Shown here piece after piece: positions 25,451 through 38,399 of a stretch of DNA of 64,000 nt. The stretch comes from Geosiphon pyriformis uo1 (Eukaryota; Fungi; Glomeromycota): positions 996,373 through 1,060,372 of the forward strand of contig JAAOMT010000003.1 of NCBI GenBank assembly GCA_016748015.1, given 5' to 3'. Made by a program: the position numbers and the translations under genes. Within the stretch, counting starts at the first letter, position 1. Every line of letters starts with the position of its first letter. The notes beneath the pieces were generated by a model. That model did no database searches and was not told the origin of the DNA. It was given only the letters and a program-made list of their open reading frames with translations.

Positions 25451-28400
25451 CTCTCCAAGATTTTGTTAGATTGTATTTCTTTGACATGCAACAAGTTCAG
25501 TGTTCTTCGAGGTGATAATTTTTCAGTGCTTAAGGGTACTTCTATGCAATTTCCGGTGTTTGCAATTGGGTCTGTGATTGAAGATGCCCTTGAAAAGAAC
25601 AGGGAGGTTTGGTTGGTCTTGCAGGATATGCACAAAGCATACGATTCAGTTGGATGGCACCACTTGAAGGCAAGCTTGCAGCATATCAAAATGTGTGAGA
25701 GATTTGTGTCATTTTTTGGTAACATCCATGAGAATAGAGTTAACAGGATAATGACAGACTTTGGGCTTTCAAATAGTTATGTGGTGCATGATAAGTTGGA
25801 TCAAAGTGAAGTCTTTTTGTTCCTCTTGTGGAGAATTTTTTATGACCTGCTTCTGTGTGAGGTTAAAAGGCATGAACAGTTTTTTGGATATTAGATAGAT
25901 TCCAGGTTCATTTCGAGATCAAGCCGTATTGAGAGTGGTGGTGGGTTCTCTTCTTATTTTGTGGCTGGTGCTTTTGTTAATAATACAATATGGGTTGGAA
26001 ACTGTCAAACTGCTATTCAGAATATTTTGGACATTGCAAGTGGGTTTTTTGCCCTTAATGACATTTCTATTAACAATAAAAAGACTGTGGCCATTCCAAT
26101 TAATCAGAGTGTTAGGGTTGCTTCTTTGTGTATTAGTGGTCTTTCCATCTCAATTGCTAAAAAGGGTAAGGCTTATCGTTATCTGGAGATTTTTCTATCT
26201 ATTGATGGGCTTTCAAAGCCAAGTCTGACCAAGGCACATTCTGATGTTCATTTTTTTACTAATGTGGTTCTTAGAAAAGCTATTACTGATAAGCAGTTCT
26301 TATATTTGGTGTTAGCCATCTTGTAGCCTATTGTTAGCTATTGCACTCAGTTCAGCTTTGTTTCATTGTCTGTATGCTGCAAATGGGATGTGATGTTGAG
26401 AAAGGGTCTTAAGTCCAAAGCTGGTTTGCCTCATAATTTCCCCACTGAGGCTTTGTGTTATCCCTCTTTGTACAGTCTAAAATCTTTTGAGCAGATACAG
26501 TCTGAAGGAAAGTTGGCTGTCTTGATCTCATTTTCCAATTTTTTTAGTGTTCTTGAATGTTTGTTTGAGCATAGGTTTCTTGATTTGCAGGTTCTGGGGT
26601 GGTCTCCTCTGAATCCTTTACAGTTTCCTATTACATTGTGTGTTAGTCCTGTAAATAATTTTCTGGCTGGTGTGATTAGAATTTTTCTGTGTAATGAGCT
26701 GTCTCTGGCCAATAATTTGCCCAATGCATTCCATAGTCCTAATCACTTTCCTGTGTCTTCCATTCTGGGAGGTTCTCTATTCTTCAATTCTGTTCATTCA
26801 TTAAAGCAGTTTGGTGTGGCTTTTGGTGATAGACTGTTTGACAAAAAAGGGTGTGTTATGAGTTGAGAAATTTTTTGGTGCTAGAAAAGGCTGAATTCAA
26901 GGGGTCCTGCTCCTCATTGATTTAAGGTGGTGTCTAAGTTTCTTTGTGATGAGGGTGCTTCTATAGCCATTTCTGTAGAGTCTGCTTATTCTTCTAGTTT
27001 AAGTGTTTTGGATACCAAGAAGTTTTCTGTTGTTCAGGATGAGTTGCATAAAATTTGATCTGATTTTTTTGAGGTTTTTATGGATGGTTCTGTTAGAAAT
27101 TATGGTCATGCTGATGTAGCCAGTGGAGCGACTGCTTATTTTCCTGCAATTAATTTGAGTGTTGGCATTAGGGTTCTTGGGCTGTTATCTTCTACTATGG
27201 CCGAACTGCAGGCCATTGCTTTGGTTTTGGAGTGTGTTCCTTCTTTTTGTTCTGTTGTAGTGCATTCTGATAGTCAGACAGCCATTAATGCGTGCATTTT
27301 TTAAATGTCATTGTCTGTGCCTGATTTCCGCTCCTCATGTTGGTTGAAGAGGTGCCAGATTTTTAATTTGGTTCATGACAAGGATCTTTCTGTTCATTGG
27401 GTCAAGGTTAAGGGACATTCTGGGATTCATGGCAATGTTAGGGCAGATGCTGCTGCTAAAGACACTGCTCTTTCTCAATTTTCTTTGCCTGTTGGTGTCA
27501 ATAAGTGTTTTTTGGTTGCTAAGAACATGCCTGTGTCTGGCAATGCTCATCATTTTGTTCAGGATTTGTTTAGATCCATTTGTCATGCTTGGTAGAAGAC
27601 AGGTCCTGGTTGAGATGTGATTCCTGTCATGTTGACTGAAACTGTTGATTGAGAAGCTACCATTAGGGTGTGGCATCCTAATTCACATATGCTTGCTGGT
27701 TTTACTAGTTGGAGGTCTTCTTGTCTTCGCACCTATCTGATGAAAACTGTGCACCATCAGATGCCTGTGGTAATGAGAAAACAGCTGTATAATAAACATT
27801 ATCTTGGTGTGCTGTGTTTGCTGTGTTGTGAGGTGGAGTTTTCAGATCATGTTTTCACATGTTCCTATGACATGAAGATTCGGAGGAATATTTTGGCTGC
27901 TACTTCTGCTGACTGGGTGTCCTTTACTGGATCTTATAGCTTGTCGTCTTCTGCTGTTTTGCGGTCTCTTGATCAGTGTTGTTTGGACATTGACTTGTAT
28001 TCTGTCTTATGTAAGGGGTTTGTGCTGAGGGATTGGTGTGTGGAGGCTATGGAGGTTCTCAAAAGTAAAAAGAAGGCTGTTAGTGTTGTAGTTGGTTTTG
28101 TTGGGCATTTGGTTGAGTTGTATTGCTCAAAGGCCTAGTTGGTAAGATCTGTATACAGGGTAAAAATGGAGGTGGTGGGTTTGGTTGGTGATAACATGTT
28201 GATTTCTGGCTTGTCTCATTGCATAAACTCTTTGTTGTCTAGCAAGGTGGTGAGGATGCTTGGCATTAGTAGCTCTTTTGCTATTAGTTTTGGCTGTCAT
28301 AGATCTTGTCTCCTTTTCTCTGGTTTGAATTGTAGTCCGCGTGTTCTTTTAAGTGTGTAATGTTGTTTTGTCTGGCCTGAGTGGCTAGCCACATGTAGAA

Positions 28401-28495
28401 AGTGTGTGAACTGCATTTAGTTTAAGCCTCTTAGTTTGGCTTTATGTACTAGATAGCAGTTGGGCTTTATTCATTAATTGCATTAATAATAAAAA
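25451..28495 (+). mobile_element. 5'-truncated LINE, copy 4 (RT-RNase H-CCHC, 3' UTR and tail), inserted in the 3' UTR of copy 5
   Basis: Begins mid-RT (LSKILLD), ORF2 ends at 28360, then 3' UTR and A tail; 9-bp TSD AAGCCCAAC at 25442-25450 and 28496-28504. Confidence 0.92.
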
Positions 28496-31400
28496 AAGCC
28501 CAACTATTATCTAGTACATAGAACCAAACTAAGTGGTTCACACTAAATGTGACTCATGCACTTATTACATGTGGCTAACCATTTAGGCCAGACAAGGCAA
28601 CACTATACACTTAACACAACTCATACATCACAATCAAGTCCAGAAAAAAAGAGACATGATTTATGATAACCAAAACTGATAGCAAAAAACTCAACAATGT
28701 CAAACAATCTAATCATACCATCTGATAGCAGAAAAAACACTCCACATAACAAGCCCAATATCAAACTGTCATTCTTAACTAATCCAGTCTTCTCTATATT
28801 TGCTCTATATTTAGACCTCACTAGTCAGGCCTTAGACCAATACAACTCAACAAAATGCCTTACAAAATCAACAACCACACAGGAAGTCTTCTTTCTGTCA
28901 TCAAAAATCTCAACAGCCTCCATGTACCAAACCTTTAGAACAAACTCCTTACACACAGTGAAGTACAGACCAATATTTGATGCACAATGTGCAAGAGTCC
29001 TCAAAACAACAGAAGAAGCCAAATCACAAACACCCACCAAGAAAATTCAGCAAGCAGAGACCTTCAACAAAATCTCATCACAAACAAACATATTATAAGC
29101 ACAAGTAAAAACATGGTCTGACAATTCAACTCCACCACAAAGTAAACACAAAACATTAAGGTAACTCTTATTATATAATCTCTTTCTTATAGCTACTGAA
29201 AGCCTTCTATGCACTGCTTTTATCATGTATGTACAAAGACCCAAAGACTTTTGACTAGTGAATCCAGCAAGCATGTATGAGTTAGAATGCCAAACCTTAG
29301 CAGTGGTATGCCAATCAAAATTTTTCAACATAGTATTTAAAACCACATTATGACCCAGGCCAGCCTTTCAATAAGTACTACAAATGGAGCAAAAAATATT
29401 CCTAACAAAGTGATGGGCATTGTCAGATATAACAGAGTCTTCAGTCATTAAAAAGTGTTCATGTACCCCTGCTAGTAATATGAAGAAAGAGCCAGCAACT
29501 TTGCCAGCTATAACATCAGCTCTCATATTGCCAGAGATCCCAGAATAACTTTTAACCTTAACCCAATATACAGAAAGATCCTTATTTTTAATCAAATTAA
29601 AAATATGTCTTCTTTCAATCCAATACTGTTTACAAAAATCTGGAACATCAAAAAAGATCTCAAACATACACACATTAATAGCAGCCTGGCTATCAAGATG
29701 CAGAACTACCAAAGAGAAAGAAGGAACACATTTCAAAAAAAGAGCAACAGTCTGCAATTCAGCCATAGTAGAAGAAAGAAAGTCATGAACACCAATACCA
29801 ATCCCCATATTCAAAGCAGGAAAGTATATAGCTGAACCACTAATGACATCAGCAGAGCCAGCAAATCTCAATAAACCATTTGTGTAAACATCAAACAAAT
29901 CAGACTAAATCTCAAGCAAACCACTGTGCACCTCAACAAACCACTTAGAGACCAGAATATTATTACAGCCAAAGGAGTACTTAAGGCCTATGGCATCAAA
30001 TGGCAATAAGTCTCTATCATGTAAAAACCTTGATGTAATATTGAACCACCATGGAATAGAACCCCTAGGGCTGAGTCTCTTTCAATAACAAAATGTCTTC
30101 TACTCCAATATACTACTCTTTTTGTTGAGAAGTTTATCACTAAAGACAATCCCAAAATGCTTCAAGGAACAAACACAACCAAGGAATGAAGCATTCTCCA
30201 GAATTATTGACATAAAAAATTTACCAGAACATCGAAAAGCACAGGGCAAATTGTTTACTAAAGACAATTCACAACTCAAGAAAATTTTAACCATGCCAGC
30301 TAAAAAATTATTCACAGAACTAACAAACAACTTAACAAAGAACTACAAAAGATTCAAAGGAGCCCACCCAAGGATTTGTAAATTCAAGAAATGATGAAGA
30401 AACAAATACCCAAGAATGCTTGAAGCATTCAAAAAAAAGATCACTGTAGCTACTTTACTTTCAGATTGTACCTGCTTAAAAAGTTTCAAACCATATAGAG
30501 AGAGATGGTATAAAGCCTCACTAGGGAAGTTGCAAGGTAAGCATGCTTTAGACTTGAGGCTTTTTCTAACCATAACATTCCACTTGTGACACATCCTAAA
30601 TAAAATAAAACTAAATTGTGTTCTATAACTCACAATGAGTTGTAAGACTGCTAAAACTAAATAAGAGAACTGTTTATTAGTGATGGTTTTCTTGAGCACC
30701 ACGTTAACAAAAAACCAAACATTTGAATAAGCCTTAGCCAAACTCAGTTTGGACAACCCATTGGTTGACAAAAAAATACCCAGATATCTGTATGCTTTCT
30801 CCTTTTTGGCTATAGAAATTGGCTGACCACTTATACTCAAAGAAACAACTTTAACATCCTAATTAATTGGAATGGCTACTGTTTTTTCATTATTAATAGA
30901 AATATTGTTAATCGAAAAGAACTCACTAGTAATATTTAAAGCATACTACATAGAGGCTTGACAATCTCTAATCCAAATCATATCATCCACAAAGGCACCA
31001 GCTGCAAAAAAAGAGAATATTTCACTACTATTCTTAATTTTACCAGTCTTTGTCATAAATTTAGTATTAATCCAGTATTCACACAAATGTTCATGCCTTT
31101 TAATTTCACACAAGAGTGAATCATAAAAGATTCTTCAAAAAAAAGGTGAAAAGATCTCACTCTGATCAAGACTATCATGTATTCTATAGTCATTTGAAAG
31201 ACCAAAATCAGTTATCACCCTATTAAATCTGTCTTTATGAATACCACCAAAAAATTCAATAAACCTGTCACATATTTTGATATGGTGCAAGCTCACTTCC
31301 AAGTGGTGCCACCCCATTGAATCATAAGTTTTATGCATATTCTGCAAAACCAGCCAAAGTTTTTTATTCTTCTCAAGAGTGTTTTTAATTATTGACCTAA

Positions 31401-31888
31401 CAGCAAATACAGAAGACTAAGTAAAGATACTCTTCAACACTGAAAAATTGTTACTGTAAAGGACACCAAATCTGTTGTACATGAAAGAGATTTTATCAGA
31501 AAGAATTTTGGAGAAAATCTTCCTGGCTGTCTTAATTAAGGCAATAGAGTGAGTATTCGTAAGAATCCTATCTCAATTGTAAGGTTTAAGAATTATCGAA
31601 ACCCAGGCTTTTTTCTACAAAGTGAGAACCACTCTCTTTTCCAAGCATGTATTAAGCAGACCCAAAAGACAGCCCACTATTTTATTCTCACAGTGTTTCC
31701 ATAATTCATTGAGAATACCAGACAATCTAGCAAATTTGTCATCAAGTAGACTCTTAATAACCAAAATCAATTCACTTATACTGATTGGATTTATTACACC
31801 TGAAAAAGCATCATTATTTACATAATTTAATAGTGCATACTGGTGAGTTCAAAGATTAGGCACAACCAAAAACACAGTTTTTTGCCAA

Positions 31889-32858
31889 TGTTATCAGAGA
31901 TTTTTGGTCTCTTTTTTTAAATGTTATTAATGTTGATTTGCTGTAAATTCACGTTTTCAGGAAGTAGTTGAACCTCTAATAACTTTTATCTTCAAATTAT
32001 CTCCTATAATTTGAACTATTGGGCTTATGAATGAAATGACCAATATCTTGCCAGTTACTTTATGTAGTTACATTGTAGTAAATGTCAACTCTTTCTCAGA
32101 AATTGCTCATCTAAAAGCTCACTAAAAATGTGTAGTTACTTTGCTATGAAAGTCAACTCTTCTACAAGAATCTTGTCTGTAGGCTATCTTAATAATTATA
32201 ATAAGAAAATAAAAGAAAAATAAAAGAAATATAAAAGAAATAGAATTTTATTAAGGGAAACGTTTTCTATTCAGGCCTGAAGTTACTAACAGTTTATTGA
32301 AATTGGTAGCTAATCAATTTCAAAACGTTAGTTGTGTTGAGAAAATTTCAAGTGTAATAATTTTAAGGATTTGTTTTTTGAATATTTAATTTTTATTTGA
32401 ATATATAAAAGGTAATTTGTTTCAATTAAGATATCTAAAGTAAGATGTTATGATAAAATACTATGAGAAAATACATTTTCTTGAAAAGAGAAGCTCTTCT
32501 TTTATACAACTTGTTGTAGTACTAGTCTTTAAACTTGCACTTTTCTCTTTGCTACAATTTGGGTAAATTAAAGATACATTTTGGCAAACTACAAGTTATT
32601 TTACTGAACTATTTGATTATTTCGGCCAATTTTCATTAATTTTGGTGAATTTTGACTATATTAAATAATTCAGGGTATTGTGTAATTTGATCATCTTAAT
32701 TTTTAGAGTACAAATCGGATTATTGATTGAGTAATAATATTTGATAATTTGATTAAATACTAAGTGATAATTGAAATAATAATACTATATGCTAATTGAT
32801 AATAGGAATTATAAGAGTAATTTTGTGCTAATTAATAGTTAAAATTCTACTGGTAATA
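31889..32858 (-). repeat. 3' LTR of the Gypsy element
   Basis: Colinear with 40796-41764; 27 differences in the first 300 aligned nt by hand count. Confidence 0.95.
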
Positions 32859-33600
32859 TAATCTCCTCCTCAAGACTGAGCTCTGTCAAAGTCCAAGCAC
32901 TATTTGTGATGTTAAGATAGTAGTCCAAGATAATTGAAGTAATCTGGTCTGAAAATTGTTAAAATTTCAGTTCTGTGAGCTTTTCAATGTATTGAATCTT
33001 CATTGGATGGAGTATTAAATTTTGTAGGATGTTTTCACAAGTGTTAAATAAATCAAAGAGTCTAGATGCTGCTCTAAGTTTGTAGAAAATGTTTGTTAGT
33101 CCAGCTGCTATCTTGAATTCATTGTGAATTTGTTTTTGTATAATCTCAGGAGTGATGTTGATTGCTTCAAGTTCCAGTTTTTATTCATAAAGTGTTTTTC
33201 CAATATAAAAATATCTATATATAAGAATAAGTTTATTGTTCTGTTTATTAAGAAATAGTATAAGTTTTTGTTGTATTGTGGTATTTGGTGGAATATCAAT
33301 AGGGGCAATTAAAAAGTTTTCTTTCAGTGCTTGCTTCAAGAGTTCTGATAACCTATTTTCAGAGTGACCTCTTGCTTTTCTTTTATAGGGATGATAGTTC
33401 TGAGAATTATTTACTACTGGGACTGTGTTTTCTTTCTGAATATAATTAATTTGACTTTCATTAATCGTTATAGATAAGTCAGAAAGTGTTTTCAAGGCTA
33501 ACATTAATTTTTAGGATATTTGTTGAATATTTCGAAGAATAATCATAATAAAAATAGTTAACTAATAGAAAGAAGAATAAAAAAAATTATTTTTGGATAT
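32839..33600 (-). pseudogene. Extra ORF (~250 codons) between integrase and the 3' LTR, unknown function
   Basis: One frame (includes track ORF 33181-33504) with four TAA/TAG stops explicable by C->T/G->A changes and no frameshift; runs through the PPT into U3; probable ATG mutated to ATA at 33600. Confidence 0.65.
32862..32871 (-). promoter_or_regulatory. Polypurine tract (PPT)
   Basis: GAGGAGGAGA on the minus strand, 3 nt before the 3' LTR. Confidence 0.8.
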
Positions 33601-33759
33601 GAGGTTTTTATTTGTTTTTGGGTTTGGGTGTTTTTGTAATTATTTACTATTTTTGTTTTTGTGTATTATTAAAAAAACTATTGTAAAATTATGTTGAATT
33701 AAATGTTCAAGTTTGGTTGTTGTTCTATTATAATTATTGGTTCTAAATTTCAGAGAATA

Positions 33760-35083
33760 TCTTCAGGATTAATTAAAGGAGAATGTGTACCAATTTGTAG
33801 AATTAATAGTTCAGAATTGTTTCTGAAATGATAGTATTTTAATTTATTTCTATGTGCAACTTTTGCTAATACTTTGTCATTAAGTCTTAACTTGTATAAT
33901 CTATTGCCTAAAATTTCGTGGATATAAAATGGTCTATCTCATTTATGTTCAAATTTTCCACTCTATTGTTTTTCAGCCTTAATTCTGTATAAGAGAACTT
34001 TATTTCCAACCTTAAATTCATTGGTAACTGGTAACAGTTTGTTGTTATGCTTTTCTTTTTGTAAGACTTGAGAGTATTCAATATGAAAGGCTACTATGTG
34101 TTTTTTTCCTTTCAATGTACTAAAAAGAGTGTAGGCTCTTTTTTGAAGTGTTTTTTGAAAGTTTTTTTCATTGATTGGTTGCACTGGGTATGTTTTTACT
34201 GTAAAATTAATTGGTAATATTGCTGTCTTTCTATAAGTAAGATCAAATGGTATGTGTTTCATAATATCTTGTTTTAGTGTTTTGTATACTAGTAACACTG
34301 ATAAAATAAAGATATTCTATTCCTGTTCAAAATCTGTTAAGACTTTGGCTAAAGATTCACACAATGTTCTGTTGAAACATTCTACAAATTCATTTGTTTG
34401 AGAGTGATAAGGTGATAATAAAGATTTTTTGACATTGAACTGTTCACAAATTTCTTGTATTAAGTTGTTCACAAAATGTGTTCCTTGATCAGATAAAAGT
34501 TCAATTGGGCATTTATGTCTACAAATAATGTCTTTATAGATAAAATTTGTTACTAATTTTGCATCTGCTCTTTGGATGGCTCTAGCTTCAGGCCATTTGG
34601 TAAGATAATTTACTGCAACTGCAATATAACAATTTCCTTGAGTTGTAATAGATAATGGTCCAACTAAATCAATTCCAACTCTGTCAAAAGATTGTCCAAC
34701 TTTGATTGGATTTAAAGATTCTGTGGGGCAAGTTCCTCCTCTTTTTTGACAAGTATTACAAGATTTTACATATTATTGAATGTTTTTTACATGTAAGGCC
34801 AAAAATAATATTCAAAAGTTCTTTGAATTGTTCTATTTCTTCCCAAGTGTGCTGAAGAAAGATCTGTGTGCATGTTGTATAGGATTGTTTCTTTTTTATT
34901 CTCTTGTATTAATCTGAGTGGTTGGTTTGGGTTTCTGTGATTTTTGTAATAAATTTTGTTGTGGTGTATAAAATATTGTTTGGATTGGTGTTGTAATCGA
35001 TGTTTTTCACTTGAAAACCAATTTTCTGGTATGATAAGAGTCTTCAAATAGTTTTTAAGATTGTTGTAATTTCTGGGATCCAT
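33760..35083 (-). pseudogene. Gypsy integrase (HHCC zinc finger, DDE core, GPY/F-like C-terminus)
   Basis: MH..LSSAHLG..RT, CNTCQ, VGIDLVGPL, YLTKWPEA, SDQGTHF, YHSQTN..VE.FNRTL, KFEHK*DRPFYI. Confidence 0.9.
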
Positions 35084-35169
35084 TGTTGCTTTGTTATTTG
35101 TTGGTAGGTTGGTAAATTGTAGTAAATTTGTTGGTGTTATTAATTTTGTCTCATTCTAAAAAGGCTATC

Positions 35170-36440
35170 AATATTTGTGTGTAATTTTCCTGGTTTGTGG
35201 TGTACAATATATTTGTAATCTGCTAGGAAGTCATTCCATCGAGACTGTTTGGCACTTTGTTTAGTTTTCTTTTTATTGAGCTATTTGAGACCAATATTGT
35301 CAATTATAATGTCAAATTCTTTTCCATTTTTCAGATATTGTTGAAAATGTTTAAGAGCCCAAATAATTGCAACAGCTTTTAATTCAGTTGAGCCATATTT
35401 GAGTTCTGTTGGTTTGAGTGTTCTACTAGCATAGGCAATGACTTGCTCTTGGCCATTTTCATCCAATTGTGATAGGATGGCACCAAATGCTATGTGTAAA
35501 GCATCAGTGGCTAGTTGAAATTGTTTGTTAAAGTCTAAGTAAGCAAGAACTGGGGCTGTTGTTAGTTTTGTTTTGAGAGTTTCAAAAGCTTTCTGTTGTT
35601 TTTCAGTCTATTTGTATGGCATATTTTTGTTGGTAAGATAATTGAGTGGTTTGGCAATTTTTGAGAATTCTTTGATAAATTTCCGATAATATGAGACTAA
35701 TTCTACAAATTCTTACAGCTCTGTGGTATTTTTGGGTGTTTGGAAGTTTTTAACAGCACTGATTATTTTAGAGTTTGGTTTGACTTTATCTTTGCTGACA
35801 ATGTGTCCAAAAAAGATTAAGCTTGTTTTTCCAAAGTGATATTTCTCAATGTTTAACTTCAATCCTGCTTTTCATAATTATTGAAAAACTTCTCACAGGT
35901 GGATAAGATAGGCTTCAAAGCTTGGTAAGTATACATCAGTGTTATCAAGATAGACAACTACTGATTGTCATAAGAGTTCTTTATATACAACATCTATGAG
36001 TCATTGGAATGTTGCTGGTATATTGCAGAGTTTAAAAGGCATAATATTGAACTTATAGTTCCTTCCTTGAATAATGAATACTGTTTTGGGTTGATCTTTT
36101 GGGTTCATTTCGACTTGCCAGTATTCACTTTTCAAGTCTAAAGTTGAGAAGAACTTGGCTTTTCTTAAGACATCCAACATATCATCAATTTTTGAAAGAG
36201 AGTAGGCATCTTCAATTGTCACACTGTTAAACTGATGGTAATCTACACAGAATCTGATTTTTCCGTTTTTCTTTTTAACAAGTACTATTGGTGAGGCCCA
36301 AGGACTTCTTGATGGTTGAATCAATTCATTATTGAGCATTTTTTGGACTTCTTCTTTAATAAACTGGTGGCTAGTGAATGGAACTTAATAGGTTTGTTGT
36401 TGTTTTGGCAGAGCATTTCCTGTGTGGATCTAATGTTGAA
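35170..36440 (-). pseudogene. Gypsy reverse transcriptase and RNase H
   Basis: SPWASPIVLVKKKNGKIRFCVDY, LDLKSEYWQ, MPFKLCNIPATFQ, YLDN (mutated YLDD, 35941-35952), LATDA..AFGAILSQ, IAYASRTL. Confidence 0.93.
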
Positions 36441-36984
36441 CAATATCAGTTTTTCCAAGGTTATTGTTGTCTTTTGCAAAAATATTTGCAAATTCAGCTA
36501 TTAGCTGTTTCAATTGTCTTTGTTGTTGAGGTTCTAAGAGATCCATGTTGATTTTAGAGAGTTTTTCTTTTAAAAGATGGTAGTTTTCAGTAATAGGAAT
36601 AATGTTTGGATTTGAAAATAGTGTATGTCTTATAATTTCGATGAAATTAGAGACAATTTGAGAGTTTTCATCTTGAAAAATGTTACTGTATATGATTCTA
36701 ATCTTTAATTTGTTCAATAAGACAATAGGATAATTATTGGAGTTGTAGAATATAATTCGAAATTTTTTTATTCCTTTGGAAATATAAATATTTGGAATTG
36801 AAATTTCATGCTTTAAACAGATTTGTTCATTGAATTTAAAGATTTGTTGAGTAGTGGTGGGTTTTGAGCAAGTGTAGATTTCGTGATATTCACCAAAAAG
36901 TGAAATGGTAATTGGTTGGAGAAGTTGAAAAATCTGGTGAGATTTATTCTGTGTATTAAGAGCTATGTTTACTGGGACTGTAAA

Positions 36985-37390
36985 TTGTCCAGTTGAACCA
37001 AAACCTTACATTTCTCTTTCACTTTTTCTCAATTGTTCTCTGTTGTTAACTGATTGTAAACCTGAAATGTTGATTAAGAATAGGTAAATTGCTTGGCCAA
37101 TTTTTTTAGCATGTTCAATCCTGAATGATTTGTCTGTTTCATTCTGCAACATGATAGTAATGTCTCCAGTATATTCTGTATCTATAACTCCTTCTTTAAT
37201 GTTGATTCCTTTGCTTGCCAATGATGATCTGGATGCAATTTGAACCATTGCTCTAGATAGAATTTTAAGGGCAATTTTGAGATTGATTTTTGTTAAAGAC
37301 TTTGGTTAAAAAACCAAAGTATCTTTGCCAGGATATCTGAGGTCATATCTTGTATTAATTTCGTGGGCTTTTTCTGGTTTTATTCCTTGT
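36985..37390 (-). pseudogene. dUTPase domain within the Gypsy pol region
   Basis: Motifs corresponding to dUTPase I-V: (A/T)RYDL, ASRSSLASKGI, GVIDTEYTGDI, KIGQAI, SERE.*GFGSTG. Confidence 0.88.
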
Positions 37391-37499
37391 CCATTGTTGT
37401 CAAAGTATTTGAGTTGTATAGCAGGCTGGTTTTCAGTAAGATAGATTAATGTTGTTGTGGTTTCATTCTTTGTTTCTGGTTTCCCAAATTCGATTTCTT

Positions 37500-38140
37500 T
37501 CTGGTCATTTTCACTGGACAGAGGAATGCTAAGAGCATAGTATTCTGGACACCATTTGTCATCACAAGGCATGATGCATTCTTCACACAATTGAATATTC
37601 ATTTGCTCTAATTATTAAATTTGAGCTTCTTAGGTTGGATAAGTATGGCTTGCAATTTGATAGTATGTTTCTACTTCATCTTTATAATTAAATCCAGCTA
37701 ATTTCATTGTATACTCAATGTATTCAGCTTTTTTCATTTGGCAGACATCTTCTTGGGTGGCTCCATTGATTAATGCCATTGCCAAATTAAAAATCATTTC
37801 AGCATCATGAGAATAGTGATAGAGTTTGTTGAAAACACTGTTGTATGCTGCATCAAATGGTGTTTCTCTTCTGACTTTTTCCGAAATTAATAGGACATAT
37901 TGACAGATTTGATCACATACTCCTTCTCTCATTGCAACATCAATCCAGTTGCATTCTTCTGGTAGCATATCTCCATATGTGAGGCAAGGTGTGTTGTCCT
38001 ATTTTCCACTTCTTTTTGAGAATCCAAATTGTTTTCTATGGCATGCTTTGTAGAAGTAGCAGGTGCGAGTTTCATATTCTTCTTCTGGAGAAATACAGAC
38101 TCCCATAGATGAAAGCTTTTTTTTGCAATCTTTGCATTTT
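37500..38140 (-). other. Cys-rich insert between protease and dUTPase (multiple CxxC pairs)
   Basis: In the pol frame: CKDC...C...CYF(Y)KAC...CLT(Y)G...C...CDQIC...CEECIMPCDDKWCPE(Y). Confidence 0.6.
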
Positions 38141-38399
38141 AGTGGAATGTATAATGGTTTTTTTTATAGTTCAGATATGAAATATCTAACTTTTTTCTAT
38201 CTTCTTGATTCTTCAAAAATCTCTTGTTTTGTTTCCTCAACCCAATTGAATGTTAATCCAAGGGTCATGTAGGTTTTGGTGAGTGGCATTTCTTTCTCCT
38301 CTTCAAATTCAAACACTGAGGCTTTTTCTGATCATTTGTTGAAAGTTCTACAAGTAGCAGGTATTATGGTGTATTGTTCTTGGTATGAGATTTTTAATT

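Noticed and set aside
25411-28497. Copy 4 seems to have ~30-bp terminal inverted repeats (DNA transposon or twin-priming inversion)
   Set aside because: The left 'repeat' is the displaced 3' end of copy 5; the AAGCCCAAC TSD and the copy-5 TSD explain it as a nested insertion.
32839-33600. Calling the third Gypsy ORF env
   Set aside because: No clear signal peptide, cleavage site or C-terminal transmembrane anchor, and it is too short.
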